A DNA stretch of 64,000 nucleotides from NCBI GenBank assembly GCA_002841885.1, contig PHBE01000018.1:39871-103870 (forward strand), written 5' to 3'. The stretch comes from Deltaproteobacteria bacterium HGW-Deltaproteobacteria-18. GTDB taxonomy: Bacteria > Desulfobacterota > Desulfovibrionia > Desulfovibrionales > Desulfomicrobiaceae. Made by a program: the position numbers and the translations under genes. The notes beneath the pieces are model-generated. The model was not told where the DNA came from. It saw nothing but the letters and a program-made list of their open reading frames with translations, and made no database searches. Below are positions 63,033 to 64,000 of the stretch, in pieces; positions within the stretch are counted from its first letter, which is position 1, and the number at the start of each line of letters is the position of its first letter.

Positions 63033-64000
63033 GGATGGCCTCCGGGGATGATGGCGCGAGTGGTCGATTTTTTCGGTTCCTTGCGGGAAAGTCCCAGCTT
63101 GGCCACAATGACGAAGAAGACAGGGATGAGCAGGGAACCGATGATGGTCGATGCAATGGTGCCGCCGATGACGCCCGTGCCGATGGAGTTCTGACCGCCC
63201 GAACCCGCGCCGGAGTTCAGGGCCAGAGGCAGGACGCCAAGGCCGAAGGCCAGGGAGGTCATGAGGATGGGCCGCAGACGTTGCCGTGCCGCCTCGACCA
63301 CCGCGGTCATGAGGTCCATGCCCGATTCGGCCAGGCTCTTGGCGAACTCGACGATGAGGATGGCGTTTTTGGCTGCCAGCCCCATGGTCGTGAGCAGGCC
63401 GACCTGGAAGTAGACGTCGTTGGTCAGGCCGCGCAGGCTGACGGCGGCCAGGGCGCCGACGACGCCGATGGGCACGACCAGGATGACCGATGCGGGCAGA
63501 CTCCAGCTCTCGTACAGGGCCGCCAGGCACAGGAAGACGACGATGATGGAGAGGCCGTAGAGCATGATGGTCTGCGAACCGGCCTGACGTTCCTGGAAGG
63601 ACAGCCCGGTCCAGGAGAAGCCTATGCCTTCAGGCAACTGGCTGGCCAGGTTCTCCATGGTCGCCATGGCCTGCCCGGAGCTCTTGCCCGGAGCCGGGGC
63701 GCCTAGAATCTGCATGGCGGGGACGCCGTTGTAGCGTTCCAGTCGCGGCGAGCCCGAGGTCCAGTGGGCCGTGGCGAAACTCGACATGGGCACCATCTGT
63801 CCGGATTTGCCGCGCACATGCCAGCGGGCCAGATCCTCGGGCATCATGCGGTAGGGCGCCTCGCCCTGCATGATGACCTTCTTGACGCGTCCCTTGTCCA
63901 GGAAGTCGTTGACGTAGGAACTGCCCCAGGCCGTGGCGATGACCCCGGTCACATCCGACACGGCAAGGCCCAGTGCGCCTGCCTTGTTCCAGTCGATGTC
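63020..64000 (-). CDS. RND efflux transporter, AcrB/MexB family (5' part outside the window)
   Basis: [27 protein letters not shown]; the frame stays open to the window edge. Confidence 0.93.
   Translation of the reverse strand, partial: DIDWNKAGALGLAVSDVTGVIATAWGSSYVNDFLDKGRVKKVIMQGEAPYRMMPEDLARWHVRGKSGQMVPMSSFATAHWTSGSPRLERYNGVPAMQILGAPAPGKSSGQAMATMENLASQLPEGIGFSWTGLSFQERQAGSQTIMLYGLSIIVVFLCLAALYESWSLPASVILVVPIGVVGALAAVSLRGLTNDVYFQVGLLTTMGLAAKNAILIVEFAKSLAESGMDLMTAVVEAARQRLRPILMTSLAFGLGVLPLALNSGAGSGGQNSIGTGVIGGTIASTIIGSLLIPVFFVIVAKLGLSRKEPKKSTTRAIIPGGHPCED

Noticed and set aside
61614-64000. RND efflux operon as an acquired resistance island
   Set aside because: No flanking mobility genes or repeats are visible. 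It is an ordinary AcrB/OprM-type pair truncated by the window edge.

Overview
A 64-kb core-chromosome segment of a GC-rich anaerobic deltaproteobacterium. Gene content and order resemble Desulfovibrionales, possibly Desulfomicrobium; this is inferred from recalled synteny, not from a search. About 63 protein-coding genes are supported. Main blocks: pdxST with an upstream PAS-LuxR regulator; a chemoreceptor with an extra C-terminal domain; an MtaD-like deaminase coupled to cobO; two radical SAM genes; purM; rplM-rpsI; an HD/CBS/sensor-kinase run; a long minus-strand run yceD-rpmF-plsX-fabHG-acpP-fabF-glyA-dCMP deaminase-ribDEBAH-nusB-leuS-lptE-holA-radC-lon; rpmB; Fe-SOD; a THUMP methyltransferase; gltX; a glutaredoxin/FTR-like/NifU cluster; a DegT aminotransferase, rarD, mtgA, a nitroreductase and fumC; yhaM-tmk-GT2; korDABC-surE-fba-gap; dnaE-queD-dtd plus two glycosyltransferases; and the 3' end of an RND efflux operon. 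I saw no tRNA, rRNA, CRISPR array, IS element, prophage or intein. Best leads: (1) an SD-sequestering two-hairpin leader upstream of mtaD-cobO (riboswitch candidate); (2) an uncharacterised radical SAM gene whose RBS directly follows the rplM-rpsI terminator; (3) the Grx-FTR(CYC)-NifU module; (4) a tandem-HD protein paired with a CBS protein; (5) the chemoreceptor with a C-terminal sensor-like domain. All are hypotheses from reading the sequence by eye. Many starts were moved from the ORF track using RBS position and recognisable N-termini, and rpmF, absent from the track, was translated by hand.
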